Origin: Eledone cirrhosa | Taxonomy: Eukaryota | Assembly: GCA_964016885.1 (NCBI GenBank) | Contig: OZ024741.1 | Location: 139,500,001 to 139,564,000, forward strand | Reading direction: 5' to 3' | Length of the DNA: 64,000 nt | In this document: positions 1 to 12,920 of the stretch, one piece after another | Numbering within the stretch: the stretch's first letter is position 1 | Layout of the letters: each line of letters begins with the position of its first letter | Notes under the pieces: generated by a model | The model's input: only the letters and a program-made list of their open reading frames with translations | Told to the model about the DNA's origin: nothing | Databases searched by the model: none | Made by a program: the position numbers and the translations under genes

Positions 1-2494
1 CGCGTCCCTTCCACAAGAAGCGAAAGAGCAAACGCTCCAGCGCAGTCAGGCGGGGCTTAGGACAAGGTACGACGGTCAGGCGGTAGTAAATGACGGATGC
101 GATGTACGCATTCGCCACCTCCGCTCGACCTTTTAGGGATAGCTTCCTCTCGGCCCATTTCTGGGTGAGAGAAGCCACCCTGCTCGTCACCTCGTCCCAG
201 TTTTTGTCCGTCTGGAGGTCTGGACCGAACCAGACCCCTAGCAATTTAACCGGTCCGTCCGTCCAGCGCCCGACGACGCTGTTGGACGGCATGGACCTGC
301 CTCTCCAGGTGCCGAGCTGCAGGCCCACTGACTTTTCCTGGTTGATCATTGCTCCTGTCACCGCTTCGTATTCTCTTAGTGTAGTGCCGATCGCCTCGAT
401 GTGTTTGGCGTTCGACACCACTACGGTGACATCGTCGGCATATGCTGACACGGATCTTCCGCATCCTAGTTCGCGCGGGACCCCCCTCAACGTCTCCAGT
501 TTGTGCAGTAATGGCTCGAGAGTCAATACGTACAATAGGGACGAGAGGGGACATCCTTGGCGGACCGAGCGCATGATGTTGAACGGTTCCGAAAGGTGAC
601 CGTTCACTCTTACTACAGAGCAGATGTCGCTGTGCATGGCAGCGATCCAGCCTCTGAAGACGGGCCCAAAGCCAGCCGCCCTCAGGACTGCCGCTAGGTA
701 ACGATGGTCGACCCTATCGAAGGCTTTCGACTGATCTAAATTGATCAAAGACCCACCCGTGCCAGGTTCCCTAGCTACCCTCTCTACGATGTATCGCATG
801 AGGTGGAGGTTGTCGTGAATGGATCTGTCGGGAATGGCGCATGTCTGTGCCTCTCCCACCAGACCACCAACGACAAGCGCCAACCTCTTTGCTAGCACCT
901 TGGCCAAAATCTTGAACTCTGTGTTTAGCAGAGTTATGGGCCTAAAATTATCTATGTTATCCCCCTTGTTCGGATACTTTCTCAGCAGCGCCACCGCTCC
1001 TCGGCTCACAGAGCTGGGAATTCTCCCGTTCTGTTACCAGTTGCAGTAGACGTCCGCCAAGAGGCCTCCGAACAAGTTTGGCATTTGTACGTAAAGTTCA
1101 TAGGGCAGACCATCCAAACCAGGCGATTTGCCTCTTGTGCAACTAGTCATTGCATCCCGTACTTCAGCGGTTGTTATCGGCTTTTCGCAACACTCCGCCT
1201 CAGTGGCCGAAAGCTGCGGCAGTCCGTCGAGGTAGACACTAAAGTCCATCCCTCGATCCGGCCCGCCACTGCCCCCGAACAGTTGAGCGAAGTGTCGCTG
1301 AAAAGCTTCACACATTTGCCCGGGATCGAGTAGCATGCGCCCGTCGTGGTCCACCAAAGACCGGATCGTGGCTTTGTTGCCACGACGCGCCTCCGCCACT
1401 CGGGCCCATTCAACGGCTTTCGTCCCCTCGTGTCTGAGAGCACGCACCCTAGCTCTGACAACGCAGCCTTCGTGCTTTGCATTGAAGAATTGGTCAAGGG
1501 CCAATTTCGCCGCAAGTACGTCGGTCGCGATGCCTTTGCTAAGCGCCTCATCTAATTTTCTAACTAATTCTCCCTCTGCTCTATTTTTCTCTATTGCTAA
1601 AGTCTTACTAAACCTAATGGACTCTATTCTAATTGCTCTTTTCAGAGCAAACCACCACTTGATATTGACGATGGCCCCCGTCAACGCCCGCTTAACTAGT
1701 TCGCTAATCCGGTCTCTGTAGGCCTTGCGCGCTGGTAAGGACGCGTTTAGCTTCCAGTAGCCGGGTCCTCGTCTATGAAGCCTATCTAAGTCAAGCACAC
1801 AGATCACGAATTTGTGGTCCGTGTAGCTGACTATCTTGAATTGTGGACAGCCTATGCTAGATCTATCTATTTCCCTACAAAATACTCTATCTAGATATGA
1901 TCTGGATGACCCTATGCGATTTGTCCAAGTCCACATTGGTACATTCGGGAAATCCATTCGGTACCTGTCAGACAGTTCAAAACGTCTGAGCAGGTTGGTG
2001 AGACTCTTGCACCCTCCTTCCCTATCCACTAATCCCACACAATCCCAGCGTGCATCTAAGATCCCGTTCCAGTCGCCCACTAACACTAAAGAGCGGGACG
2101 TTCCAAGAAAGGTCTCCAGACGCCGGAAAAAATCAGGCCGCCCTGCTCCTGTCGGGGCATAGACGGCCACTAACCTGAAAGCTTGCCCGTCTCCGCTGGT
2201 CACGTCCAGCACCACCAACTTACCTTCTGGGTCCAGGAAGATGGCCCGTATGGCAAGATCCAAACCTCTCCGAAAAAGCACAGCAACTCCTCCCCCCGAT
2301 CCCGGACGGCTGGGAGATGCGTACACATCGTAGCCGCCGAAGATCGGTGCGAAAGCCTGTGCTTCGGAGATTCTGGTCTCGCTGATGGCCACTACATCTA
2401 TGTTTAGTGACCTGAGGTCGTTGAGCAGGTGGCCCTGCTTCCATGACGACCCCAAGCCACGCGCATTTATGCTGCCTATTCTGAGTGAGGTCAT
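1..2494 (-). pseudogene. Tx1-like ORF2 (APE endonuclease + reverse transcriptase) with an in-frame stop at 1034-1036
   Basis: APE motifs SINARGL, ISETR, VYAP, GDWN, SYLDR, TDH. After YCNW* the same frame continues with FRPITLLNTEFKILAK, LDQSKAFDRV, VRQGCPLS, SAYADD, KLLGVWF. Confidence 0.92.
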
Positions 2495-2528
2495 GTTGAA
2501 AAGGAGTGGAAAAGATGGGAAAGACCAC

Positions 2529-4350
2529 TTACCTTACTTCTCGTAGGGGAAGGACGGCTTTTCCATCCTTTTCACTGCTTGTGGCCTCCTCAGGAAGGAT
2601 GTCCTTATAAATCCTCCTGGAGAGTGCTTGTCGGAAGTCTCCGATGTCTTTGGGGAATTTTTGTTTTAGTGTCATGTACGTTTTCTGTGTGATGCGAGTG
2701 ATTTGTATGTGTGGAGGTGGTGTGAATTTTGGGGTTGTTGTGTAGTCTTTTTCTGTGATGCTGGTGTTCTGTTGGATGTAGTGTAATAATTGCTTGTTGT
2801 TCAAATTTAATGCTGTGTAGTGTGTATCGTTTTGGTTGTTTTGTTTTGTTTGCGTTTGTTGTGGGTTTGTTTCTGTTTCGCTTTTTGGTGACTTTTGTGG
2901 TGTAGGTGATGGTGGTGCTGGGGATGATGATGGTGATGGTGTTGGTGTTTGGGTTGATGGGGTTGGTGATGCTGGTGTGGATGGTGGCATATCTGTCCTA
3001 ACTTTTTTGTTTCTTAGTTTATTTGTTTCCCTCTGTATTTTGTTTTTGGAGGGGGAAGGAAGAGAATTTTTTCTTTTTTGGTTTCTTTTTTTTTTCCGGA
3101 TATCGTTTCCCACTCCTCGTCATCACAATCTGTCTCCAGTTGTGATAGGCCGGGGAGTGGAAAATCCTCCACAGCCGTTAGTTTTGGTTGTGGTGTGGTG
3201 GATGGTGTAGGCGCTGGTGCTAGTTCTGAAGCGTTGGGTGGTGGTGGTGTTGGTTTTGCTGGTGGTGGTAGTGGTGTTGGTTTTGCTACTGTTGCTGGGG
3301 TTGTTGCTGTTATAGTTGCTTCTGTTGTTGCTGCTACAGTTGTTGCTGCCATCTCTGCTACTGGTGGTGTTGATGGTTTTGTCACTGGGGTGGGTAGGAG
3401 AGGTGGCCTCAACCTTTTAGCCTGAGGGCAGAAAGCCCTTAGGTGGGTCCCTTCACCACAAACGACACACCTAGGTCTTCTGCCCTCGACAATTACCGTG
3501 AGGTGGCTGCCGTCAGTGAGGTCTATTACCTCTGGGATCTCCTCAATGCTTTTTTGGTCCGCTTGGATCAGGAGCTCCATCCCAGATGCGGACCAGTTTT
3601 CCTGCTTTTCTTTTGCTACTGCTATTATTTTCGTGTTGGCTTCGATGCCGGTGAGGACAGCCGCTATTAGCCAGGGAATTTCGATGGCCGGTGGAACGTG
3701 GGTCACCCTGATCTTTACGAGTCTCTGGCCACAATAGCTTGGGACGAGTGTGAGGTCGTCACTTTTTAATGGGGCCATGGAGTGTTCTCTAGCCTCCTCT
3801 GGTGTTTCAAAGAACACATCCACGGTTCCATACTTTTGCCCACGTCTGATGTTGGTTTTTCTTGCCCACACATGTTCCAAAGCTTTTTGGATTTGGGACT
3901 CGGATGCCCGTTCCACTCGGCGCGATTTTACATTTATTGTTCTATACGACACGGTGCACAGGCGCCGATGCTCCATTTTATTAGGTGGGGGAGGGGGGGG
4001 GTGAGGCTGACCCTGTACCCATCTTTCTTTACCATTTGTTTGGCATTTTCTAAATCTTCTTGGGTTACCGTGAACGCTTCGAATTGTTTTGCTACGATGG
4101 CGAAACTGAGGGTCGGTTTTATAATGTCATTGTTGTTGTTGTTGCTATTGTTAATATTAATTTTATTTTCAGTTGTGGTGGTGGTGACGTCAGTCGTCTT
4201 TGGTGGGGAAGAGTTCATTTTGCTTGATTTCATTTCGACATCACGAGTTAATTTATTTTTTTCTTCTTTTGTTTCTGTTGTCGCGGTGGTGGTGGTGGTG
4301 GTTGTCGCGGTGGTGGTGGTGGTGGTGGAGGCTTTAACACCTGCAGTCAT
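2529..4350 (-). pseudogene. Tx1-like ORF1 (gag-like, zinc knuckle), split in three frames at homopolymer runs
   Basis: ORF pieces 3934-4386, 3014-3976 (CVVCGEGTHLRAFC = CX2CX4HX4C) and 2529-3113; frame changes lie at the G run near 3987-4001 and the T run near 3086-3096. Confidence 0.75.
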
Positions 4351-4728
4351 TGGTAATGGCGGGAAATGAATGTCTGCCTGAGACAAATTTAAAATATTGC
4401 TACTGCTTATATTTTTTTTTGTGTTGGCAAACGTAGTAACATTTACAATGGTGGTGTCGGTGTGAGGTGTTATTTTGTGAGGAAGGCTTTCAGCTGCTTC
4501 GTGCAGAGGTGAAGTAGCCAGTTTGTTTCAAAGAAATTTTTTGATAATAATAAAAGTTAAAATTTTGGGCACAAGGCCCCAATCTTTTTGGGTGTCCTTT
4601 TCGGAAAACAATGTATGTGTGCTTATAAACAGTTAACAATAACATTTTCCATAAATGGCAATTTTTAACAAACGGAAATAACAAACTTTTGCGGAGCTCA
4701 CGATGATACGATTTACTACGTAGGTCGC

Positions 4729-4747
4729 CAATAATAATAATAATAAT

Positions 4748-4797
<50 letters not shown>

Positions 4798-4810
4798 TAA
4801 TAATAATAAT
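4729..4810. repeat. (AAT)n microsatellite / LINE tail
   Basis: Direct reading of the sequence. Confidence 0.95.
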
Positions 4811-5154
4811 GCTTTCTTTATTAACCACAAAGGTTTACATAAAATAGACATTAAGGACAGTACAGGACAATACAGGACGGTACAAATGGTTATTTCTGCA
4901 TGTAAAAAAACAGAGGATGTAATAAAAATAACATAGAAAAATTCCCCAATAGGGGGGAGACTTCCGAGGGTCATTTGTGGGGAAAGCCCATTAAATGGCC
5001 ATCAGGGCAAGTGCCCTCTCCCAGTTTTCCACCTTTAATTTACAGACACATACTCAGAGTAGGCCGATTCACTCGGGCCATACTTGCTTCTCTCACCCAT
5101 CTTTCAACAACATGCTGGGAAGAGAGCACTTCCCTCTCTACCCTGATTTTCCTT
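4811..5154 (-). mobile_element. Severely 5'-truncated Tx1-like LINE (ORF2 C-terminus + 3'UTR + AATAAA + (ATT)n tail)
   Basis: The - strand reads RKIRVEREVLSSQHVVERWVREASMARVNRPTLSMCL*, then a UTR ending TTAATAAAGAAAGC-(ATT)n; similar to the fragment at 17440-17950. Confidence 0.7.
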
Positions 5155-5167
5155 TAATAATAATAAC

Positions 5168-5204
<37 letters not shown>

Positions 5205-7256
5205 GATTGTCATAATAGATTGTCATAATAGACACAAAAATCTATCGATTGCTTGGATAGATTATAAAAAAGCATTTGATAGTTTGCCACACAGTTGGAT
5301 TGAAAAATGTTTAGAGATTTTCAAAATATCCCCCGTTGTCAGGAGGTTTTTGTCATTCAGTATGAGGACATGGAGAACGACACTCCTTTTGAATAGTGAA
5401 ACAAAATCACTGGAAGCTGGAGAAGTTAACATTAATTGTGGAATTTTTCAGGGTGACTCTTTATCACCGCTTTTATTCTGCATCGCACTTATACCATTAA
5501 GTAAAATGCTCAATGAAACAAAACATGGATATAGAGTCTATGACAAAACCATTAATCACCTGTTCTACATGGATGACCTGAAACTATTTGCAAAAAATGA
5601 TGAACAATTGCAAGGGCTATTATCCACTGTGAAGCAGTTCAGTGATGACATTAAAATGGAGTTTGGACTGGATAAATGCGCCAAAGCAACGTTCACCAGA
5701 GGAAAGCTGCTGAAGAGTTCAGACATTAATCTTGATCGGGGGAACGTGATAAGAGAGCTTGATCAAGAACAAACTTACAAATATCTAGGTGTTTGTGAAG
5801 GAGACGGAATCAAGCACTCGACAATGAGGGAAAGGATAAGGAAGGAATGTTACCGCAGAGTCAGAGCAATCTTAAGAACGGAATTGAATGCAAGGAATAG
5901 GATCGATGCCATAAACACGCTTGCCATACCAGTAGTAACCTACAGTTACAATGTCATCAACTGGTCAAGCACAGAGATCCGTAGGCTCGATACAAAAATC
6001 CGAAAATTCTTAACCATGCACAGAATGCATCACCCTAAGGCAGACATAGATAGAATATATCTCCCTAGGAAAGAAGGAGGACGTGGGTTAATCCAGTTAG
6101 ACATTGCGTTGAAAACTGCAACAATTGGATTATCCACATATCTAAGGGAATCACATGATTGGATGATCAAACTCGTTTTGAAACACGAAAGCACCAAAAG
6201 ATCATATTCCATTACAAAAGATGCACAAAGATACAGTAATGGACTACAAATTTCAGAAGTCCCATTTACTGCTGAAATGGAAAACACAGAAAAAGCAAAG
6301 CAGGTAAAAGTAACTGCAAAGAAAGAACTGCTACAGAAACTGGCTAAGAAATGGCAAGAAAAGCCTCTGTATGGAAAATACCCAGAGCGAGCTAACAATC
6401 CTGATGTTGACAACACTGTAACCCATCAGTGGTTGGCATCCTCTGGACTGAAATCGGAGACTGAAGGACTGATTATATCCGCACAAGATCAGTGTCTGCC
6501 AACAAAAAATTACCAAGCCAACATAATAAAAAATGGGTGCAGCCCACTATGCCGTGTATGCAAAAAACAACCAGAGACCATTGACCATATAATTTCAATG
6601 TGCAGTCCTATAGCTCCAACCGAATACCTAAACAGGCATGACAGAGCTGCACAATACATACATTGGATAATGTGTAAGCATTTTGACCTGCCCCATCAAA
6701 AGAATTGGTGGGAGCATCAACCACCTCCCATACTTGAAAAAGATCACATCTCAATCTTGTGGAACTTTAGAATCCAAACAGACCGAAAAATAGATGCAAA
6801 TAGACCTGATATAATATTGAAGGACTTTCAAAGGAGGGTATGCCTGCTAATTGATATGTCTGTTCCAATAGACAAGAATGTATCTATAAAAACATTTGAA
6901 AAATTGAGCAAGTATAAGGACCTGGAGATAGAAATTGGAAAAATGTGGAAATTGAGAACTAAAACAATACCAGTGGTTGTAGGCGCTCTGGGAATGATAC
7001 CTAAGGGGTCTAACGACTACTTATCGCAAATCCCAGGAAACCCGCGTATAGGAGAAATACAAAAGATAGTACTAATGGGAACTGCCCATATACTAAGGAA
7101 GATCCTGTCAATATAAGTACATCACAAGTCTAAACACTAAGGATGCATGTGTGAATATGTGTGTTCTTTCTTGAACATGGCGGACCTTGTTGTCTCTTGA
7201 GGTCACTGGTTGTGACTTGGTGATAACTCGTATAAACATAAAGCAAGATAAATGCA
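5205..7256 (+). mobile_element. R4/Dong-clade non-LTR retrotransposon (RT + CCHC + restriction-like endonuclease), 5'-truncated, subfamily A
   Basis: WIDYKKAFDS, GIFQGDSLSPLLF, HLFYMDDLK, YKYLG, CRVC..ETIDHIISMC, RHD, NRPD, KLSKYKDL; open frame to stop at 7116; 3'UTR followed by (AAT)n. Confidence 0.93.
5284..7116 (+). CDS. Truncated RT-RLE polyprotein of R4/Dong element (uninterrupted 610-aa frame)
   Basis: ORF track plus RT and RLE motifs; 5'-truncated, so probably not a functional gene. Confidence 0.8.
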   Translation: MPHSWIEKCLEIFKISPVVRRFLSFSMRTWRTTLLLNSETKSLEAGEVNINCGIFQGDSLSPLLFCIALIPLSKMLNETKHGYRVYDKTINHLFYMDDLKLFAKNDEQLQGLLSTVKQFSDDIKMEFGLDKCAKATFTRGKLLKSSDINLDRGNVIRELDQEQTYKYLGVCEGDGIKHSTMRERIRKECYRRVRAILRTELNARNRIDAINTLAIPVVTYSYNVINWSSTEIRRLDTKIRKFLTMHRMHHPKADIDRIYLPRKEGGRGLIQLDIALKTATIGLSTYLRESHDWMIKLVLKHESTKRSYSITKDAQRYSNGLQISEVPFTAEMENTEKAKQVKVTAKKELLQKLAKKWQEKPLYGKYPERANNPDVDNTVTHQWLASSGLKSETEGLIISAQDQCLPTKNYQANIIKNGCSPLCRVCKKQPETIDHIISMCSPIAPTEYLNRHDRAAQYIHWIMCKHFDLPHQKNWWEHQPPPILEKDHISILWNFRIQTDRKIDANRPDIILKDFQRRVCLLIDMSVPIDKNVSIKTFEKLSKYKDLEIEIGKMWKLRTKTIPVVVGALGMIPKGSNDYLSQIPGNPRIGEIQKIVLMGTAHILRKILSI

Positions 7257-7292
<36 letters not shown>

Positions 7293-7293
<1 letters not shown>

Positions 7294-8510
7294 GCAGATA
7301 TAGATAGAATATATCTCCCTAGGAAAGAAGGAGGACGTGGGTTAATCCAGTTAGACATTGTGTTGAAAACTGCAACAATTGGATTATCTACATATCTAAG
7401 GGAATCACATGATTGGATGATCAAACTCGTTTTGAAACACGAAAGCATCAAAAGATCATATTCCATTACAAAAGATGCACAAAGATACAGTAATGGACTA
7501 CAAATTTCAGAAGTCCCATTTACTGCTGAAATGGTAAACACAGAAAAAGCAAAGCAGGTAAAAGTAACTGCAAAGAAAGAACTGCTACAGAAACTGGCTA
7601 AGAAATGGCAAGAAAAGCCTCTGTATGGAAAATACCCAGAGCGAGCTAACAATCCTGATGTTGACAAAACTTTAACCCATCAGTGGTTGGCATCCTCTGG
7701 ACTGAAATCTGATACTGAAGGACTTATTATATCAGCACAAGATCAGTGTCTGCCAACAAAAAATTACCAAGCCAACATAATAAAAAATGGGTGCAGCCCA
7801 TTATGCCGTGTATGTAAAAAACAACCAGAGACCTTTGACCATATAATTTCAATGTGCAGTCCTATAGCTCCAACCGAATACCTAAACAGGCATGACAGAG
7901 CTGCACAATATATACATTGGATAATGTGTAAGCATTTTGACCTGCCCCATCAAAAGAATTGGTGGGAGCATCAACCACCTCCCATACTTGAAAAAGATAA
8001 CATCTCAATCTTGTGGAACTTTCACATCCAAACAGACCGAAAAATAGATGCAAATAGACCTGATATAATATTGAAGGACTTTCAAAAGAGGGTATGCCTG
8101 CTAATTGATATGTCTGTTCCAATAGACAAGAATGTATCTATAAAAACATTTGAAAAATTGAGCAAGTATAAGGACCTGGAGATGGAAATTGGAAAAATGT
8201 GGAAATTGAGAACTAAAACAATACCAGTGGTTGTAGGCGCTCTGGGAATGATACCTAAGGGGTCTAATGATTACATATCGCAACTCCCAGGAAACCCGCG
8301 TATAGGAGAAATACAAAAGATTGTACTAATGGGAACTGCCCATATACTAAGGAAGATTCTGTCAATATAAGTACATCACAAGTCTAAACACTAAAGATGC
8401 ATGTGTGAATATGGATGTTCTTTCTTGAACATGGCGGACCTTGTTGTCTCTTGAGGTCACTGATTGTGACTTGGTGATAATACGTATGAACATAAAGCAA
8501 GATAAATGCA
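7293..8510 (+). mobile_element. R4/Dong subfamily A, second 5'-truncated copy joined to the (AAT)n tail of the first
   Basis: Near-identical to 6041-7256; stop at 8370; same 3'UTR, then short (AAT)n. Confidence 0.93.
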
Positions 8511-8526
8511 ACTATAATAATAATAA

Positions 8527-11500
8527 CCTCAAACTCAAAATAGACAGAAAATAACATCGGAGAAGCAACTCCTATAAGCTACAATGTCACCCTACCCACC
8601 ACCACTCCCAGCACCCCCACCCCCAGCATTAATCTCCCTGCCACCACCACCAACACCACTCACACCACAAGAACAGTTGAGAAAATTCTCGTACACCTCT
8701 TACAGCTGCAACCATAACAATATCACCTCAATTAACAACAGCAATCACCATAACTATACTGTTATACTAGTAATAATGATCTCAGTGCCAACCAGCAAAT
8801 GCACAACCCAAAGATCCGGGCAACTTTCCATGTACGTTCAAAACCATGCGTAACACACGCATGTACTGCGAGATGAACAAATAAAAATTAATACACAATA
8901 TCAAATCGCTTTTCCTATGGTTAATCAGGAAGCGCGTCCCTCAGGTAGGTGCCAACCTGAGATCGAAAAGTCCTACTCTGGCACAAATTCTTCTCCAATT
9001 ATGGACCTGGATGGTCACTTGATCGGGGATTGCACCAACTCGAACCCTCCAGATCCACCATCCAAACCATCCCAAAACGAAAAACCTAAAGGGATGAAAT
9101 GGACCCGAGAGGAGTATAAAGAAGTAATATATGCATATTACTATGCATTAGGTAAGCCATCACAAGACAGACACAATTTAAACTCCTACAAAATCTGGAA
9201 AACTCGGAATCAATCTAGCAGACGTGATATGGATGGAAATAAGTAAGGAGAAATATCTTCAGAAATAACAGACACAGATACATGAACTAATGGCGATAAA
9301 ACAGGCTGTGGAGAATGACATGAATATAAATGATGACAGAACTGAAGATTCTCCTGGAGGTAGTAACCAGTAACTAGTCACAAGTCTTTACTAAAAGACC
9401 TCCATGTGACCAAATCCCAAATAGGTTTGTAGAAATGAGAAGCCCTATTGAACCCGCTGAAAATAACCAGTAGTGGGACTTAGAAACAGTAATTGAAAAT
9501 CAAACATCTGCTGGAGAACATAGGAGACTATGAAGGAATTAAAGCATAAAATACTGATTGAGCTTGCAGTAGTAATACATTCTAGTATAAATGATAGAGA
9601 ACCACTTCAAAAACTCCCAAATACAATCCAAAATAGAAAACAAATAATGATTGTTAATTCTGTGACAACAGAAATCATAGAAGAACTAGAATCTGATCTT
9701 ACTTAGTTAAATGAAATCATTTATCCATCTGCTAATGTAATTGAAACAAGTTGTTTACCAGCAAAAGAGCAAAAGAAGTCGAACCTTCGAGGTAAACCAA
9801 TTTGGAGGAGTAGAATCGAAAAGGAGATTGACGTAATGGGAGGAGAAATATCTTTATTGAGTGAGTTAACCGCTGTAAATGATATAAGATCCAAGAAGGT
9901 AAGAAAGCTAAAGAGAAAATATGGACTATCTTCTAGAGAAGCAATAGTTTCAACAAAAGAATCTCTGAAATAAAAAGTCCAAGTAAAAGCCCAAATAATT
10001 CATAGATTCGAGAAGCGAAACAACTTCTACAGGCAAAATATGTTGTTCTCATCCATAGCCAAGTCATTTTATAGAGAAGTAGAGAAGAAAAAAACAATTG
10101 AAGACCCCCACCCCCGGCCATAGAAGAAGTTGAAAAGTTATGGAGTAAGATTTGGAGTGATGAGAAGAGATATAATGCTAATCTAGATTGGATTAGTCGC
10201 CTGGAAAAATCCTACACAAATTTAGAAGAACAGGCGTGGGTAGACATCTCTATAGCGGACTTAAGGACAGCACTCAATAAATCTCATGAATGGAAATCTC
10301 CTGGTAGAGACAGTGTGCCATTTCTCTGGTTTTCCTCACTCCCGTGCACTCAAAATATGTTGGTTAAGCTGTTTAATGCAATTATGAAAGATCCTATAAA
10401 TACACCTGAGTGGATAGCAAGTGGCATTACCTACCTTCTACCAAGGAACAACAAAACCAAAGATCCAAAAACCTATCGGCCTATAACCTGATTGTCCACC
10501 ACTTATAAACTATTAACCTCTATTCTCCTGGAAAAAGCATACGTATTTTTGGAGGAGAACAATCCTTTCCCCATTGAGCAAATGGGTGCCGACGAGAATC
10601 ATATAATTGCAAAGATAATTGCAAAGATCAACTTTTGATTAATCGTATGATCCTTGAGAATTGTCATAATAAACACAGAAATCTCAGTTCTGCATGCATC
10701 GATTATAAAAAAAGCCTTTGACAGCATACCACACTCATGGATTCTGAAATCACTGGAGATCTTCAAAATCTCACCTGTGATCTCAAACTTCCCGAAACAC
10801 AATATGTCATTATGGAACATAAATCTCCAATTGTCTCATTCCACTGGGGCACTCTGCTCTAGGAATATAAACATCAACTGTGGTATATTCCAGGGTGACT
10901 CTTTCACCCTTGCTTTTCTTCATACCTTTAATACCCCTTACATCCGAACTTAATAGAACAGGGTACGGTTATAGAATAGTCAACAAGAAAATATGCCACC
11001 TATTTTATATGGATGATTTGAAGCTATATTGCAAGGATAATGACGAACTGGAAGGCCTTTTGCGGACAGTAAAAACGTTTAGTGATGACATCAGGATGGA
11101 GTTTAGACTTGACTAGCGTGCAAAAGTCACTTTCAAGAAGAGGAAGCTTGTCAACTCAGACTCAATTAATTGGATGCTGAAACAATCACAAAGGAACTTG
11201 AGCAGGAACAAACCTATAAATACTTAGGAATTAATGAGAGCTCTGGCATACAGCATGCACGTATGAAAGAGAGGATGAGGAAATAATGTTACAGGAGAGT
11301 ACGTTCATTTCTGAGATCAGCACTAAACGTTCGTAACAAGGTGCTAGCCATAAATTCCTTGGCAGTCCCAGTTGTCACTTATAGCTTCGATGTGTTGAAC
11401 TGGAATATGAGTGAAATCAAAAGAATCGACACCAAAGTCCGTAAGTTACTGACCTGTAATAGGATGCAGCACCCAAAAGCAGATGTGGATCGTCTTTACC

Positions 11501-12920
11501 TTCCTAGAACTCAAGGAGGCCGTGCGATGACCCAATTTGAACTTGCTCACAAGACCACCATCATTGGACTGGCCAAATACCTTGAAACAACTAACGACTG
11601 TATGCTGAAACTTGTTGAAAAGCATGAGAGAAGTATGAAGCTTCATTCTATCTTGAAGGAGAGCAAACAATATGCTACTGATCTCATCCTTGATACCCAG
11701 GCTGGACAGACTAAAGAAACTATTGCAACTGATGCTGCCAGGCACATAAAATCACTGGCAAAAGCCAAAGGGCAAGTACAATTAGCTTCAAATTAGGAGC
11801 AGAAACCTCTGCATGACAAATATTTGGCCCGTAACAAACAAGCTGATGTTGACCAAAAGCACACCCATCAGGGGCTACGTAGTTCAGGTCTAAAGGCGGA
11901 GAGTGAAGCCTTCATCTGCCCAAGATCAAAGCCAATTGACTCGTAATTACCAGGCCAATGTGATGAGAAACGGAATAAATGCAAACTACCGATTCTGCAA
12001 TGCTGAGGTTGAAACAGTGGATCACTTACTCTCTGGATGTAAAACTTTAGCACCAGTAGAATACAAGTATAGATATGACAGAGTTGGCCAATATCTAAAC
12101 TGGGTAATACAATTCTTTTGCCGCGTTATTGTGATCACATGCGATGCTCATATCTATCAATAAACAGACCTTTTTATGTTGATCTTTTACAATGATGTCA
12201 GGTCTATTTGCTTTTATGGTCCTGTCAGTATCTACAGGAAAGTCCCAGAGAATTATTACTTTTTCTCCTTCAGTTACAGCATCAGGATGATGATTTTACC
12301 ACTTGTCTTCAGCTTAAAATCAAAGCTGAAGACAAGTGGTAAAATCATCATCCTGAGGCTGTAACTGAAGGAGAAAAAGTAATCATTCTCTGCGACTTTC
12401 CTATAGATACTGACAGGACCATAAAAATAAATATACCTGACATCATTGTAAAAGATCAACATAAAAAGGTCTGTTTATTGATAGATATGAGCATCGCATG
12501 TGATCACAATAACGCGGCAAAAGAATTTGACAAGCTACGAAAATATAAAGATCAGCTTATTGAAATTGAGTAAATGTGGCACCTCAAGGCCGTTACAATA
12601 CCATTGATTGTGGGAGGACTGGAAATGATCAAGAAAGGAACAGAACAATATTTGCGAATGATTCCTGGTTTACCCTCTCTGCATGAGGTGCAAACAATTG
12701 TTTTGACTGGTACTGCACACGTATTGAGAAGAACCCTATCTCTGTAAGATTGATATCCCTCCTTGTATTTACATATGCATATGCACATGTGTATATATGT
12801 ATACTGTTTTATTGTTGTTGTTTTTTTAATTATAAGGAATGTGCTGTATTAACTGGCTTACACTGTGAATTTATTTGCCCTATGTGTCAGGAAGACGCTC
12901 GGCATATATCTCAGAAACAA
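8527..12920 (+). mobile_element. Degenerate near-full-length R4/Dong element, subfamily B
   Basis: N-terminal KGMKWTREEYKEVIYAYYY (in ORF 8917-9246), WKSPG, YRPITC-like, HLFYMDDLK, RLE C-terminus ending HVLRRTLSL* at ~12747; many stops and frameshifts; 5' boundary uncertain. Confidence 0.85.
12111..12527. repeat. 205-bp inverted duplication (fold-back) inside the R4 RLE region
   Basis: 12111-12315 is the reverse complement of 12323-12527, with a 7-nt loop. Confidence 0.95.

Larger units (their letters stand above)
1..4728 (-). mobile_element. Tx1/L1-clade LINE, 5' end apparently intact, 3' end runs out of the window
   Basis: ORF1 with CCHC zinc knuckle followed by an APE+RT ORF2 on the - strand; the 5' end abuts (AAT)n at ~4729. 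Confidence 0.92.

Noticed and set aside
90-4369. Plus-strand ORFs overlapping the Tx1 element
   Set aside because: Antisense shadows of the LINE ORFs with no independent motifs.
7252-8370. 372-aa ORF starting MQIIIIIII as a standalone endonuclease gene with a hydrophobic leader
   Set aside because: Chance fusion of an ATG in the upstream 3'UTR, the (ATA)n tail and a truncated R4 copy.
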